Below, piece by piece: positions 44,665 through 52,886 of a stretch of 64,000 nucleotides of DNA. The DNA is from Escherichia phage vB_EcoM-pEB20: the sequence record OP114733; one strand, written 5' to 3'. Made by a program: the position numbers and the translations under genes. A model generated the notes under the pieces. It worked only from the letters and a program-made list of their open reading frames with translations. It did not search any database and had not been told where the DNA came from. Each line of letters begins with the position of its first letter. Position 1 is the first letter of the stretch.

Positions 44665-45153
44665 ATGAATATATTTGAAATGCTTCGTAATGACGAAGGT
44701 CTTAGACTGACTTTATACAAAGACACTGAAGGCTTTTGGACGATTGGCATCGGCCATTTAGTAACAAAGAACCCGTCTTTAGCCGTAGCTAAAGCTGAAC
44801 TTGACAGAATGATCGGTCGTAAATGCAACGGTACAATTACCCTTGATGAGGCTGAAAAGCTATTTAATGAAGACGTTGATAAAGCCGTCCGCGGAATCTT
44901 GGGTAATGCTAAACTTAAACCGGTATATGATTCTTTAGATGCGGTTCGTCGATGCGCATTGGTTAATATGGTCTTCCAAATGGGTGTATCAGGCGTCGCC
45001 GGTTTTACTAATTCTCTTCGTATGCTTCAACAGAAACGTTGGGATGAAGCGGCAGTAAATCTAGCCCAATCTAAATGGTATCGTCAGACACCTAATCGTG
45101 CGAAACGCGTAATCTCAACATTTAAAACAGGAACTTGGAAAGCGTATATATGA
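44665..45153 (+). CDS. e: lysozyme (endolysin) e
   Basis: [32 protein letters not shown] matches T4 lysozyme; 162 aa by coordinates. Confidence 0.95.
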   Translation: MNIFEMLRNDEGLRLTLYKDTEGFWTIGIGHLVTKNPSLAVAKAELDRMIGRKCNGTITLDEAEKLFNEDVDKAVRGILGNAKLKPVYDSLDAVRRCALVNMVFQMGVSGVAGFTNSLRMLQQKRWDEAAVNLAQSKWYRQTPNRAKRVISTFKTGTWKAYI

Positions 45154-45431
45154 AAACATATAGTGAATTTTTATCAGAATCTATTCTTAACGAAGCTACT
45201 GACACATTTGCAACTAAGCTAGGTGCAGCTTTGGTTGAAGCTGAAAGTCTATTAGCACGTATTTCTGAACTTGCTAGTAAGATAGATACTCGCAAATTTG
45301 AACGTACCAGCGATATCGCTAAGCTTGAAGCCTTGTTACGTATGTGCGATAAACCGGAAGAAATCGCTAAGAACGGCTCGCTAATGAAACAACGTCTTGA
45401 AAAATATATTTCAGGCGCTTCGGAAAAATAG
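45150..45431 (+). CDS. internal protein with capsid-targeting sequence
   Basis: N-terminus [10 protein letters not shown]; ATGA overlap with e stop. Confidence 0.65.
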   Translation: MKTYSEFLSESILNEATDTFATKLGAALVEAESLLARISELASKIDTRKFERTSDIAKLEALLRMCDKPEEIAKNGSLMKQRLEKYISGASEK

Positions 45432-45432
45432 T

Positions 45433-45462
45433 GTTTACTTCCTCCAAGGACTTTGATACTAT
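45433..45462 (+). promoter_or_regulatory. early promoter with flanking inverted repeat
   Basis: GTTTAC; cctccaag ... cttggagg inverted repeat spans the -10 and includes the denV SD. Confidence 0.45.
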
Positions 45463-45489
45463 ACATTCATCAACTACTTGGAGGAAATT

Positions 45490-45903
45490 ATGACCCGTAT
45501 CAATTTAACACTTGTTTCTGAACTGTCCGACCAACATCTTATGGCTGAGTATCGTGAATTACCACGCGTATTTGGTGCAGTCCGTAAACATGTTCAAAAC
45601 GGTAAACGTGTAAAGGATTTTAAAATCTCTCCAACATTTATCTTAGGCACAGGTCACGTAACATTCTTTTACGACAAACTCGAATTTTTACGTTTACGAC
45701 AAATCGAGCTAATCGCTGAATGCTTGAAACGTGGTTTCAAAATCAAGGACACGACTGTCCAGGATATTTCCGACATCCCTGCCGAATTTCGTAATAATTA
45801 TGTCCCGTCCGAAGCGTCCATTGCGATAAGTCAAGCACGCTTAGATGAAAAAATTGCTCAACGTCCGACTTGGTACAAATACTATGGTAAATCAATTTAC
45901 TAA
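45490..45903 (+). CDS. denV: endonuclease V (pyrimidine dimer DNA glycosylase) DenV
   Basis: [12 protein letters not shown]...[17 protein letters not shown] matches T4 DenV; 137 aa. Confidence 0.95.
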   Translation: MTRINLTLVSELSDQHLMAEYRELPRVFGAVRKHVQNGKRVKDFKISPTFILGTGHVTFFYDKLEFLRLRQIELIAECLKRGFKIKDTTVQDISDIPAEFRNNYVPSEASIAISQARLDEKIAQRPTWYKYYGKSIY

Positions 45904-45910
45904 GGAAAAA

Positions 45911-46171
45911 ATGAAAATGTATCAAGAATTTATCACTGAAGCAGATGCCAAAGGTCCTAAATTTAAAGTTAAAGCTTTCATTGGTGATGCGGAAGACTTT
46001 GGCTCATTAAAACGTAATGGGTATTCTTTCTTAGGTGGCAATGGTAAAGAAATCAACACCTATGCAAAACGTAGTGAAATTGCTTATGTTGTAGCAAGCC
46101 CTAAAGTAGATGTTGACGATATTGGATACGATTTTAACAACTTCGGAATTATTTCTGGCGGTAAAGATTAA
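45911..46171 (+). CDS. internal protein (IPII-like) with capsid-targeting sequence
   Basis: N-terminus MKMYQEFITE; about 86 aa. Confidence 0.65.
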   Translation: MKMYQEFITEADAKGPKFKVKAFIGDAEDFGSLKRNGYSFLGGNGKEINTYAKRSEIAYVVASPKVDVDDIGYDFNNFGIISGGKD

Positions 46172-46174
46172 ATT

Positions 46175-46204
46175 GTTTACGCTTAAGTATTAATATGGTA
46201 TAAT
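46175..46204 (+). promoter_or_regulatory. T4-type early promoter
   Basis: GTTTAC then about 18 bp then TATAAT. Confidence 0.5.
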
Positions 46205-46235
46205 TACTCTATCAAAACAAACAAGGAAACAAAAA

Positions 46236-46550
46236 ATGAAAACGTATAAAGAATTTATTGCAGAATCCGCCAACCAACGCGTTGAAGGTGGTTATATTTG
46301 GATTGAACAAGTTGAGCCACCGAGCCGCACTTCTACAGGTAAATGGAAAATTACTGTTGACGGTCCTGGCGGTAAACGTAGGACTCTTAAAGAAATTAAC
46401 GGGTACTATGAAGAAGCTCTTTCGGATGCAGGAACTTACATGATGCAAATCATGATTAAAAACCCTGAAAACCGTTTTGCAGCTAAAGTCTTCCGCCGTA
46501 TTGGTAATAAACTTTATGATGCATACTCTAAAAACTTCCCTAAAGAATAA
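46236..46550 (+). CDS. internal protein with capsid-targeting sequence
   Basis: N-terminus MKTYKEFIAE. Confidence 0.65.
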   Translation: MKTYKEFIAESANQRVEGGYIWIEQVEPPSRTSTGKWKITVDGPGGKRRTLKEINGYYEEALSDAGTYMMQIMIKNPENRFAAKVFRRIGNKLYDAYSKNFPKE

Positions 46551-46575
46551 CATAAATTAAAACAATAGGAACAAA

Positions 46576-46905
46576 ATGAAAACATATCAGGAGTTTATCA
46601 CTGAAGTTACATTATCTGCGGAACAGAAAGCTGCTATCGAAGAAGGTAAAAATCCCAAAGTAACATATAAAGTAAATAGTAAAGGCGTTTTTGATGGCTT
46701 GGTTCAAGACCCTGAATTGAAAAAAGCTCTTTCTAAAACTAATGCGTACTTTGCTCCTAAATTTAACACAGCCGGTGTACTTATTGGATTGGATGTATTC
46801 AACTCTAAAGGTGTTCTATCTAATGCCTTTGGTTATGCCGCTAACAAAATTACCAAAGCCGCATGGGAATCCAATACCAAACAAGCTCAAAAGCCTAGAG
46901 TATAA
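46576..46905 (+). CDS. internal protein with capsid-targeting sequence
   Basis: N-terminus MKTYQEFITE. Confidence 0.65.
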   Translation: MKTYQEFITEVTLSAEQKAAIEEGKNPKVTYKVNSKGVFDGLVQDPELKKALSKTNAYFAPKFNTAGVLIGLDVFNSKGVLSNAFGYAANKITKAAWESNTKQAQKPRV

Positions 46906-47077
46906 TTCTTGCCTAATAAATGGAAACGCAACCTCTCCTCATGAACGTCGAGTCCTCTGAGTGATGTACCTTTTCCAACCTGTAATAAGGTCGAGCGCAA
47001 TGCGGTAATGGGTTTACATAGCGAGTCGAAGGACCTAACATGTGCCACGGAATGGCCCAAACCTTAAGAGAAATAAT

Positions 47078-47617
47078 ATGAGAACATTTTTAACTGGACC
47101 TTATCTATCCCTGATGAATGCTTTTACACACCATTCTGATGCTAGAGTAGAAGAAATTTGTAAGAACGGTTATGTCCCGCCATTTGAAGACGTACTCAAG
47201 CAGTACTGCACACTTCGTTTAGACGGCGGCCGACAATCAGGTAAATCAATTGCTGTGACTAACTTTGCTGCTAATTGGCTGTATGATGGTGGAACAGTTA
47301 TTGTTCTTTCTAATACTTCAGCTTATGCTAAAATTTCTGCTGGCAACATTAAAAAAGAATTTTCTCGTTATTCTAGCGATGATATTCGATTCCGTTTATT
47401 TACTGATTCTGTTCGTAGTTTTATTGGCAATGAAGGTTCTAAATTCCGTGGATTAACGCTTTCTCGTATTCTGTATATAATTGACGAGCCTATTAAAGCT
47501 CCTGATATGGATAAGATTTACAATGTACATATTAAAACAGTCCAACACTGTTGCAAAAGCAAATATTGCATCGGCGGTAATGCTCGTCCTCAATTTTTTG
47601 TGATTGGAATGCAATGA
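47078..47617 (+). CDS. small P-loop NTPase
   Basis: Walker A GGRQSGKS and Walker B-like ILYIIDEP; about 179 aa. Confidence 0.55.
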   Translation: MRTFLTGPYLSLMNAFTHHSDARVEEICKNGYVPPFEDVLKQYCTLRLDGGRQSGKSIAVTNFAANWLYDGGTVIVLSNTSAYAKISAGNIKKEFSRYSSDDIRFRLFTDSVRSFIGNEGSKFRGLTLSRILYIIDEPIKAPDMDKIYNVHIKTVQHCCKSKYCIGGNARPQFFVIGMQ

Positions 47618-47922
47618 TGACAACTATTGAAGTTTTTGAGTATTGTTATAACAGCCCAGTATGCAATAAAAGGGCTCTTGTAGAAAATTACGAGATTTAC
47701 CATTTTAAACCTAAACGATACCGTTTGACTAAAGGTCCGTTCGCAGGGCAGCAGGTTCTTTGTACTGCTCCTAATGCACGGTTGATGACTAGTATTCCGC
47801 ATTTCAAAATGGAATTTATTGACGGGCCATTTAAGGGATTAATCACTCAAAGTTTAATGGCGTTTAATTCCGACCCATTTTTGATTAAAGAAAAAACTTG
47901 GATAAATTTATTTTCTAATTGA
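47614..47922 (+). CDS. hypothetical protein
   Basis: 102 aa, ATGA-coupled to the P-loop ORF. Confidence 0.5.
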   Translation: MMTTIEVFEYCYNSPVCNKRALVENYEIYHFKPKRYRLTKGPFAGQQVLCTAPNARLMTSIPHFKMEFIDGPFKGLITQSLMAFNSDPFLIKEKTWINLFSN

Positions 47923-47928
47923 GGTTAT

Positions 47929-48291
47929 ATGAAAGCATATCAAATTCTTGAAGGTACACATAAAGGCACTATTTATTTTGAAGATGGTACTCAAGCCCGG
48001 ATTATTGTCTCTAAAACTTTTAAAGAAGACGCTATTGTAGACCCAGAAATTTTCTACGGTTTGCATGCCCGTGAAATTGAAATTGAACATCAACCTAAAG
48101 TTAAAATTGAAGGTGGTCAACATCTGAATGTTAACGTTCTGCGTCGTGAAACTCTAGAAGATGCAGTTAAGCATCCGGAAAAATATCCGCAGCTGACCAT
48201 CCGTGTATCCGGTTATGCAGTTCGCTTTAACTCTCTGACTCCGGAACAGCAGCGCGACGTTATCGCTCGCACCTTTACTGAGAGTCTATAA
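47929..48291 (+). CDS. autonomous glycyl-radical cofactor (GrcA/YfiD-like; T4 Y06I-like)
   Basis: glycyl-radical motif RVSGYAVRF; C-terminal 60 aa resemble E. coli GrcA from memory. Confidence 0.8.
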   Translation: MKAYQILEGTHKGTIYFEDGTQARIIVSKTFKEDAIVDPEIFYGLHAREIEIEHQPKVKIEGGQHLNVNVLRRETLEDAVKHPEKYPQLTIRVSGYAVRFNSLTPEQQRDVIARTFTESL

Positions 48292-48515
48292 TGGCTAAAT
48301 TGATTATAGAAGGGTCTGAAGATGTTTTAAAATGTTTTGCCGCCTGGTTTAGTTGCTCAGGCGAGCAATCATTCACTGAAGCATTTAGAACGGGTGATAT
48401 TACTGGAAAATATCCGACAACCGATATCACTGTACGTGGATATGGTATTAATGAGCCTATCCAATTGGTCGAATATGACCTTGCCACCGATGAGGAAATT
48501 CCTTATGTCGATTGA
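48291..48515 (+). CDS. hypothetical protein
   Basis: 74 aa ORF. Confidence 0.45.
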   Translation: MAKLIIEGSEDVLKCFAAWFSCSGEQSFTEAFRTGDITGKYPTTDITVRGYGINEPIQLVEYDLATDEEIPYVD

Positions 48516-48771
48516 AGACATCAAAGGCTACAAGCCGCATACCGATGATAAAATCGGTAAAGTGAACGCTATTAAAGATGCAGAAGTCCGTCTTGGATTG
48601 TTGTTTGATGCTCTGATTGAAGAAGCATATATCTTGAAAGAAAATGAAACAGAGCAACAAACCAAAGAAGATATGGATGCAGTGCAGGCTCTTAAGTATG
48701 CTAAGCAACATCTAAAAGAAGCCAGCATGTGGGCGTGTCGTGCAGTATTTCGACCTGAGGAAAAATACTAA
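48505..48771 (+). CDS. hypothetical protein
   Basis: ATG MSIEDIKGYK inside a longer track ORF. Confidence 0.45.
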   Translation: MSIEDIKGYKPHTDDKIGKVNAIKDAEVRLGLLFDALIEEAYILKENETEQQTKEDMDAVQALKYAKQHLKEASMWACRAVFRPEEKY

Positions 48772-48986
48772 TGGCTTCTACTATTACTGGGTTATTGGAC
48801 TTTCAAGAAAAGGTCAACAAAATTTGTAGTGAATACTTAAAGTATCTTGAAGAAGACCTTGAAGATTGTAAGGAAGAAGGCGAAGAAGACTATGCTGACC
48901 AGCGTCGACGCCAAATCGAAGAGATGAGGCATTTCGCCAATATAGTATCTAAAGAATCTTGGGCTTTAACTCCATTTTATCAATAA
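48771..48986 (+). CDS. hypothetical protein
   Basis: 71 aa ORF. Confidence 0.45.
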   Translation: MASTITGLLDFQEKVNKICSEYLKYLEEDLEDCKEEGEEDYADQRRRQIEEMRHFANIVSKESWALTPFYQ

Positions 48987-48990
48987 AGTA

Positions 48991-49020
48991 GTTTACTTCT
49001 CCTCTAGTTGTGTTACTATA
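48991..49020 (+). promoter_or_regulatory. early promoter with flanking inverted repeat
   Basis: GTTTAC; cctctagttg ... caactagagg flanks the -10 and includes the regB SD. Confidence 0.45.
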
Positions 49021-49047
49021 GACCTGTCAACTAGAGGAGAAATCAAA

Positions 49048-49506
49048 ATGACTATCAATTCAGACGTTTTTATCCGCCGTAATAAACTCCGTCGAATCTT
49101 TGAAACGGAGTTCCGCAAAATAAATGCCGGTATAAAAGATGCTGCAAAGTCTCTTGGACTACCAGGCTTTCATATCAAGTATTCTCAACATCTCTTAGAT
49201 CGTGCCATCCAGAGAGAAATAGATGAGAATTACGTTTTTGAATTATTTCATAAAGTAAAAAATCACGTTAAAGAAGTTGCAGAATTTTTGTCAATGCCGG
49301 CACGTCCAGATGTTGATGAAGATTTTGTCGAAGGTGTCGAGTATCGTCCAGGCCGTTTAGAAATAACTGACGGAAATCTTTGGTTAGGACTTACAGTTTG
49401 TCGCGAAAATCCGGCATTCAAAATGAAGACTCTTCAATGCAGAATGGCTATTATTAACAGTAAACGACTACCAGGAAAAGCTTCTAAAGCAGTGATTAAA
49501 ATCTAG
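49048..49506 (+). CDS. regB: RegB site-specific endoribonuclease
   Basis: 152 aa; MTINSDVFIRRNKLRR...KYSQHLLDRAIQREIDE...RLPGKASKAVIK matches T4 RegB. Confidence 0.92.
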   Translation: MTINSDVFIRRNKLRRIFETEFRKINAGIKDAAKSLGLPGFHIKYSQHLLDRAIQREIDENYVFELFHKVKNHVKEVAEFLSMPARPDVDEDFVEGVEYRPGRLEITDGNLWLGLTVCRENPAFKMKTLQCRMAIINSKRLPGKASKAVIKI

Positions 49507-49514
49507 AGGTAAAC

Positions 49515-50057
49515 ATGAGAAAAGCACTACTCGCTGGTCTATTTGCTCTTTCATTATCAGCACATAGCTCCGAGCATACTTTTAGTAATGTCCAACTCGA
49601 TAACTTGAATTATGCTTATCAGTTTGGGGAACAGTTTTCTAAGGACGGAAAATTTAAAACGCATGAAAATATGCATAAGAAAGGACTTGGATACATAATG
49701 GCCGCAATACTATGGCAGGAATCATCCGCCGGTATTAATCTTAAAGATAAGAAAGGTCACCATGCGTATGGAATGTTCCAAAATTATCTACCAACAATGA
49801 GGGCAAGAATTAACCAGCTTGGTTATAATATGACTGATGCCCAAATTAAGAAAATGCTATCTAAGCGGTCTAATTCAGCCAGATGGGCTTATATCGAATT
49901 TTCTTATTGGTTAAATATACATAACGGGGATATAAGAAAAGCTATATCCTCATATAATGCGGGATGGAAGACAAGTGCTGGAAGTAAATATGCTTCTGAA
50001 GTCCTAGAAAAGGCTAATTACCTTAAATCAAATAAACTACTGGAAATAAAAGAATGA
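49515..50057 (+). CDS. secreted lytic transglycosylase-like protein (SLT motifs)
   Basis: signal peptide MRKALLAGLFALSLSAHS; motifs WQESS, AYGMFQ, SYNAGW. Confidence 0.65.
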   Translation: MRKALLAGLFALSLSAHSSEHTFSNVQLDNLNYAYQFGEQFSKDGKFKTHENMHKKGLGYIMAAILWQESSAGINLKDKKGHHAYGMFQNYLPTMRARINQLGYNMTDAQIKKMLSKRSNSARWAYIEFSYWLNIHNGDIRKAISSYNAGWKTSAGSKYASEVLEKANYLKSNKLLEIKE

Positions 50058-50401
50058 CCAAAATGTTGGCTTTAATAGTTGGCTTGGTTTCATTTAACGC
50101 TCTTGCTAATACTACATATACTGATGTAACGGAGTATACAAACAGAACGGCGTCTGATTATTGCGGTAAAAGTCAAGAGTGTAAAGTAGATTTTTCACAA
50201 AAATTGTTATATGCGTATAAAGACGGAGAAAAAGATGGGGCGTCTAGTAGGTTCAAGGCGTCTACCTTAATTAAAAGATACTATAAAAAATGGCAAATAT
50301 TAGAATGCTCGGTGGCGGAACCTAAAGATAAGGCAGCATGCAATTCTATGGTGGACCGTCTAGTTGACTCTTATAATAGAGGACTTGCAGCAAGTGATTA
50401 A
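50054..50401 (+). CDS. small secreted protein
   Basis: 115 aa with N-terminal signal peptide; ATGA-coupled to the SLT-like gene. Confidence 0.55.
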   Translation: MTKMLALIVGLVSFNALANTTYTDVTEYTNRTASDYCGKSQECKVDFSQKLLYAYKDGEKDGASSRFKASTLIKRYYKKWQILECSVAEPKDKAACNSMVDRLVDSYNRGLAASD

Positions 50402-50861
50402 AAACTATATCAAGGGCGATATTGTCGCCCTGTTTTCTAAAGGTAATAATATTGCTCACGGGTGTAATTGTTTTCATACAATGGGCGCCGGTGTAGCAGG
50501 CCAATTAGCAAAGGCTTATCCAAAAATTTTAGAAGCCGATAAACTTCAAACCGAATTCGGAGACGAGTCTAAACTCGGGACTTATTCGGTTTATGAAAAA
50601 TATTTTAAGACCCATAAAGCTTATTGCTTTAATCTTTATACACAGTTTGAGCCGGGACCTAATTTTGAGTACTCTGCTTTAATGAATTGTATAATAGAAT
50701 TAAATGAATTCGGAAAGAATAAGATAACAAAGCCTGTAATTTATATGCCAAGAATTGGTGCAGGTATTGGTGGTGGAAACTGGGATGTCATCGAAGAGAT
50801 TTTAGATACGTATTCCACTAAACTAGAAATTGTGATTGTTGATTGGGAACCGTTATTATGA
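50394..50861 (+). CDS. macro domain protein (TARG1/DarG-type ADP-ribose hydrolase fold)
   Basis: GTG start assumed; motifs KGDIVALF, HGCNCFHTMGAGVAG, MPRIGAGIGGGNW. Confidence 0.7.
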   Translation: MIKNYIKGDIVALFSKGNNIAHGCNCFHTMGAGVAGQLAKAYPKILEADKLQTEFGDESKLGTYSVYEKYFKTHKAYCFNLYTQFEPGPNFEYSALMNCIIELNEFGKNKITKPVIYMPRIGAGIGGGNWDVIEEILDTYSTKLEIVIVDWEPLL

Positions 50862-51070
50862 ATATACATTATCCACATCCATATGATCCAAAGAATAAGG
50901 CAGTAATTATTCGTCAATGGGAACGCATTTGTCGTACTAAATGTCCAATTAATAGTCCACATGATGTAGATAAAGACTACATCGGAACATTCGTTGAATA
51001 TACCTTTATTGATAAGAAAGGCCGTAAACAACATGTAGAAGAATATTGCTTAAAGGTGACATGGCTATGA
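50858..51070 (+). CDS. hypothetical protein
   Basis: ATGA overlap with macro gene stop. Confidence 0.45.
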   Translation: MNIHYPHPYDPKNKAVIIRQWERICRTKCPINSPHDVDKDYIGTFVEYTFIDKKGRKQHVEEYCLKVTWL

Positions 51071-51273
51071 GTCAAACAAAAATTCTTACAGGTGCTAAAT
51101 GCGAAAAATGCGAATGGCCTGTAGTTTTTGCTTTATGCAATGACGAAATGGCTTGTGATTTTGATTATTGGTGTTACTGTTCGAACAAAGGTTGTAGCAA
51201 TCATAAAGGTGAAGGGTTTTACTCAGGATTTTACCCTTACCCAGATTTCGTTAAAGAAGGTGAACCTAAATGA
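51067..51273 (+). CDS. cysteine-rich (zinc-binding?) small protein
   Basis: 68 aa with CEKCEW ... CDFDYWCYCSNKGC. Confidence 0.5.
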   Translation: MSQTKILTGAKCEKCEWPVVFALCNDEMACDFDYWCYCSNKGCSNHKGEGFYSGFYPYPDFVKEGEPK

Positions 51274-51452
51274 AATTGACTAAAGAAGAGAAAGCTAAAC
51301 TGTTCGAACTTATCCATGACCTATTGGATGAGCAAGCAGCCACCAATGCGTACGATGAATATGCTCCTTTAACAGATGAAGAATATAATGCATTGATGGA
51401 ATCATTTGACAGGAAAGAACAAGAACTCATTGACTACGTGAATTCACTATAA
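51270..51452 (+). CDS. hypothetical acidic protein
   Basis: 60 aa. Confidence 0.45.
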   Translation: MKLTKEEKAKLFELIHDLLDEQAATNAYDEYAPLTDEEYNALMESFDRKEQELIDYVNSL

Positions 51453-51461
51453 AGGACTCTT

Positions 51462-52043
51462 ATGGCTAGTTTAATTTTTACCTATGCCGCTATGAACGCT
51501 GGTAAGTCTGCTTCATTACTTACTGCCGCACATAACTATAAAGAACGTGGCATGGGTGTATTAGTTCTTAAACCGGCTATTGATACTCGCGATTCAAAAG
51601 GTGAAATAGTCTCTCGTATTGGTATTCGTCAGGATGCCAATATAATTACAAAAGACATGGATATCTTTGAATTCTATAAATGGGCTGCAGCACAAAAGGA
51701 TATTCACTGTGTATTTGTTGACGAAGCTCAGTTCTTAACTACTGAAAAGGTGTATCAACTTAGTCGTATTGTTGACGTATACAATGTGCCGGTAATGGCA
51801 TATGGACTACGAACAGATTTTAAAGGTAATCTATTTGAAGGTTCTCAAGCATTAATGGCTATTGCCGATAAGCTTGTTGAACTTAAAGGTGTCTGTCATT
51901 GTGGTAAAAAGGCCACAATGGTAGCTAGAGTCACGGAAGACGGACTTCCAATTACAGATGGCAGTCAAATTGAAATTGGTGATACAGATAGATACGTGTC
52001 ATTATGCCGGAAGCATTGGAACGATTTGACAGGGTTGTTATAA
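51462..52043 (+). CDS. tk: thymidine kinase
   Basis: 193 aa; P-loop AAMNAGKSASLL; C-terminal zinc knuckle CHCGKKA...CRKH. Confidence 0.93.
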   Translation: MASLIFTYAAMNAGKSASLLTAAHNYKERGMGVLVLKPAIDTRDSKGEIVSRIGIRQDANIITKDMDIFEFYKWAAAQKDIHCVFVDEAQFLTTEKVYQLSRIVDVYNVPVMAYGLRTDFKGNLFEGSQALMAIADKLVELKGVCHCGKKATMVARVTEDGLPITDGSQIEIGDTDRYVSLCRKHWNDLTGLL

Positions 52044-52070
52044 ATACTAATATCTAACCAAGAGGTATAT

Positions 52071-52283
52071 ATGCAGCAATTAAACGAAAGACAACTTCGT
52101 AATCTTACTGTAACCCAATTGGATGAAATCCGAAGAGAATTAGGACATTCTATTTCTCATTTAAACGAGGATATCCGTCAAACTGGTTCTAAAGCTGATT
52201 ATACACGCAAGCGCAAGCTGGAAAAATACCTCACAGATGTTAAGGCCGTCCAAAGGCGAAAAATAAATACTGGCCAAAATTAA
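52071..52283 (+). CDS. hypothetical protein (rI.-1 position)
   Basis: 70 aa between tk and rI. Confidence 0.5.
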   Translation: MQQLNERQLRNLTVTQLDEIRRELGHSISHLNEDIRQTGSKADYTRKRKLEKYLTDVKAVQRRKINTGQN

Positions 52284-52295
52284 CAGGAGGCCTAT

Positions 52296-52598
52296 ATGGC
52301 CTTAAGAGCGATAGCTGTCATGGCGATGCTGGGGTTTTTTGCAGCAACAACTCCTATCGTTGGTACTGCATATATCGACCCATATTTTGATAACTTTATG
52401 GAATCAGGGATTAAAAACGTATATACTTTGTTTGAAATTCAAAATGTCGAGAATTCTGAAAAATTCTATAAGTATATGGCAAAGCATTACAAAAATAGCC
52501 CCTGTGATGATGCATTTGAATGTCATGAACAAGGCATAAAAACTGCCAGACAATTTGCTGAGTTCATGAAAATAAAATTAGAGCCTACATCTATCTAA
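52296..52598 (+). CDS. rI: lysis inhibition regulator RI (antiholin)
   Basis: 100 aa; signal-anchor MALRAIAVMAMLGFFAATT then DPYFDNFMESGIKNVY; matches T4 RI. Confidence 0.88.
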   Translation: MALRAIAVMAMLGFFAATTPIVGTAYIDPYFDNFMESGIKNVYTLFEIQNVENSEKFYKYMAKHYKNSPCDDAFECHEQGIKTARQFAEFMKIKLEPTSI

Positions 52599-52603
52599 TT
52601 TAC

Positions 52604-52633
52604 TAGCCCCTTCCTTATGGTTGGGGCTTTTTG
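52604..52633 (+). terminator. rho-independent terminator
   Basis: agcccc-ttccttatggtt-ggggct followed by TTTTTGG. Confidence 0.65.
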
Positions 52634-52643
52634 GCATCTATCA

Positions 52644-52672
52644 GTTTACTTCTCCTCAGGTTGTGTTATAGT
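52644..52672 (+). promoter_or_regulatory. T4-type early promoter
   Basis: GTTTAC; -10 gtgTTATAGT; partial inverted repeat ctcctc ... gaggag. Confidence 0.4.
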
Positions 52673-52699
52673 AGTCCTTACTTACTAGAGGAGAACGTT

Positions 52700-52879
52700 A
52701 TGACACGTAAAGAAAAGATTTCTAAGTTAATGTTTTTGATTGAAGAGTACGCTAATGCGGTATCTGATTGGGAAAATGCCCATGGTTGCGAAGATGGAGA
52801 CATCGACATTAACAGAGCTATGAAAAAGATGGCCGAAGCCCACACCGAATTGCAAATGTATGTTAACGAGATTATGTGA
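52700..52879 (+). CDS. hypothetical protein (rI.1 position)
   Basis: ATG MTRKEKISKL after GAGGAGAA. Confidence 0.5.
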   Translation: MTRKEKISKLMFLIEEYANAVSDWENAHGCEDGDIDINRAMKKMAEAHTELQMYVNEIM

Positions 52880-52886
52880 GGATATT

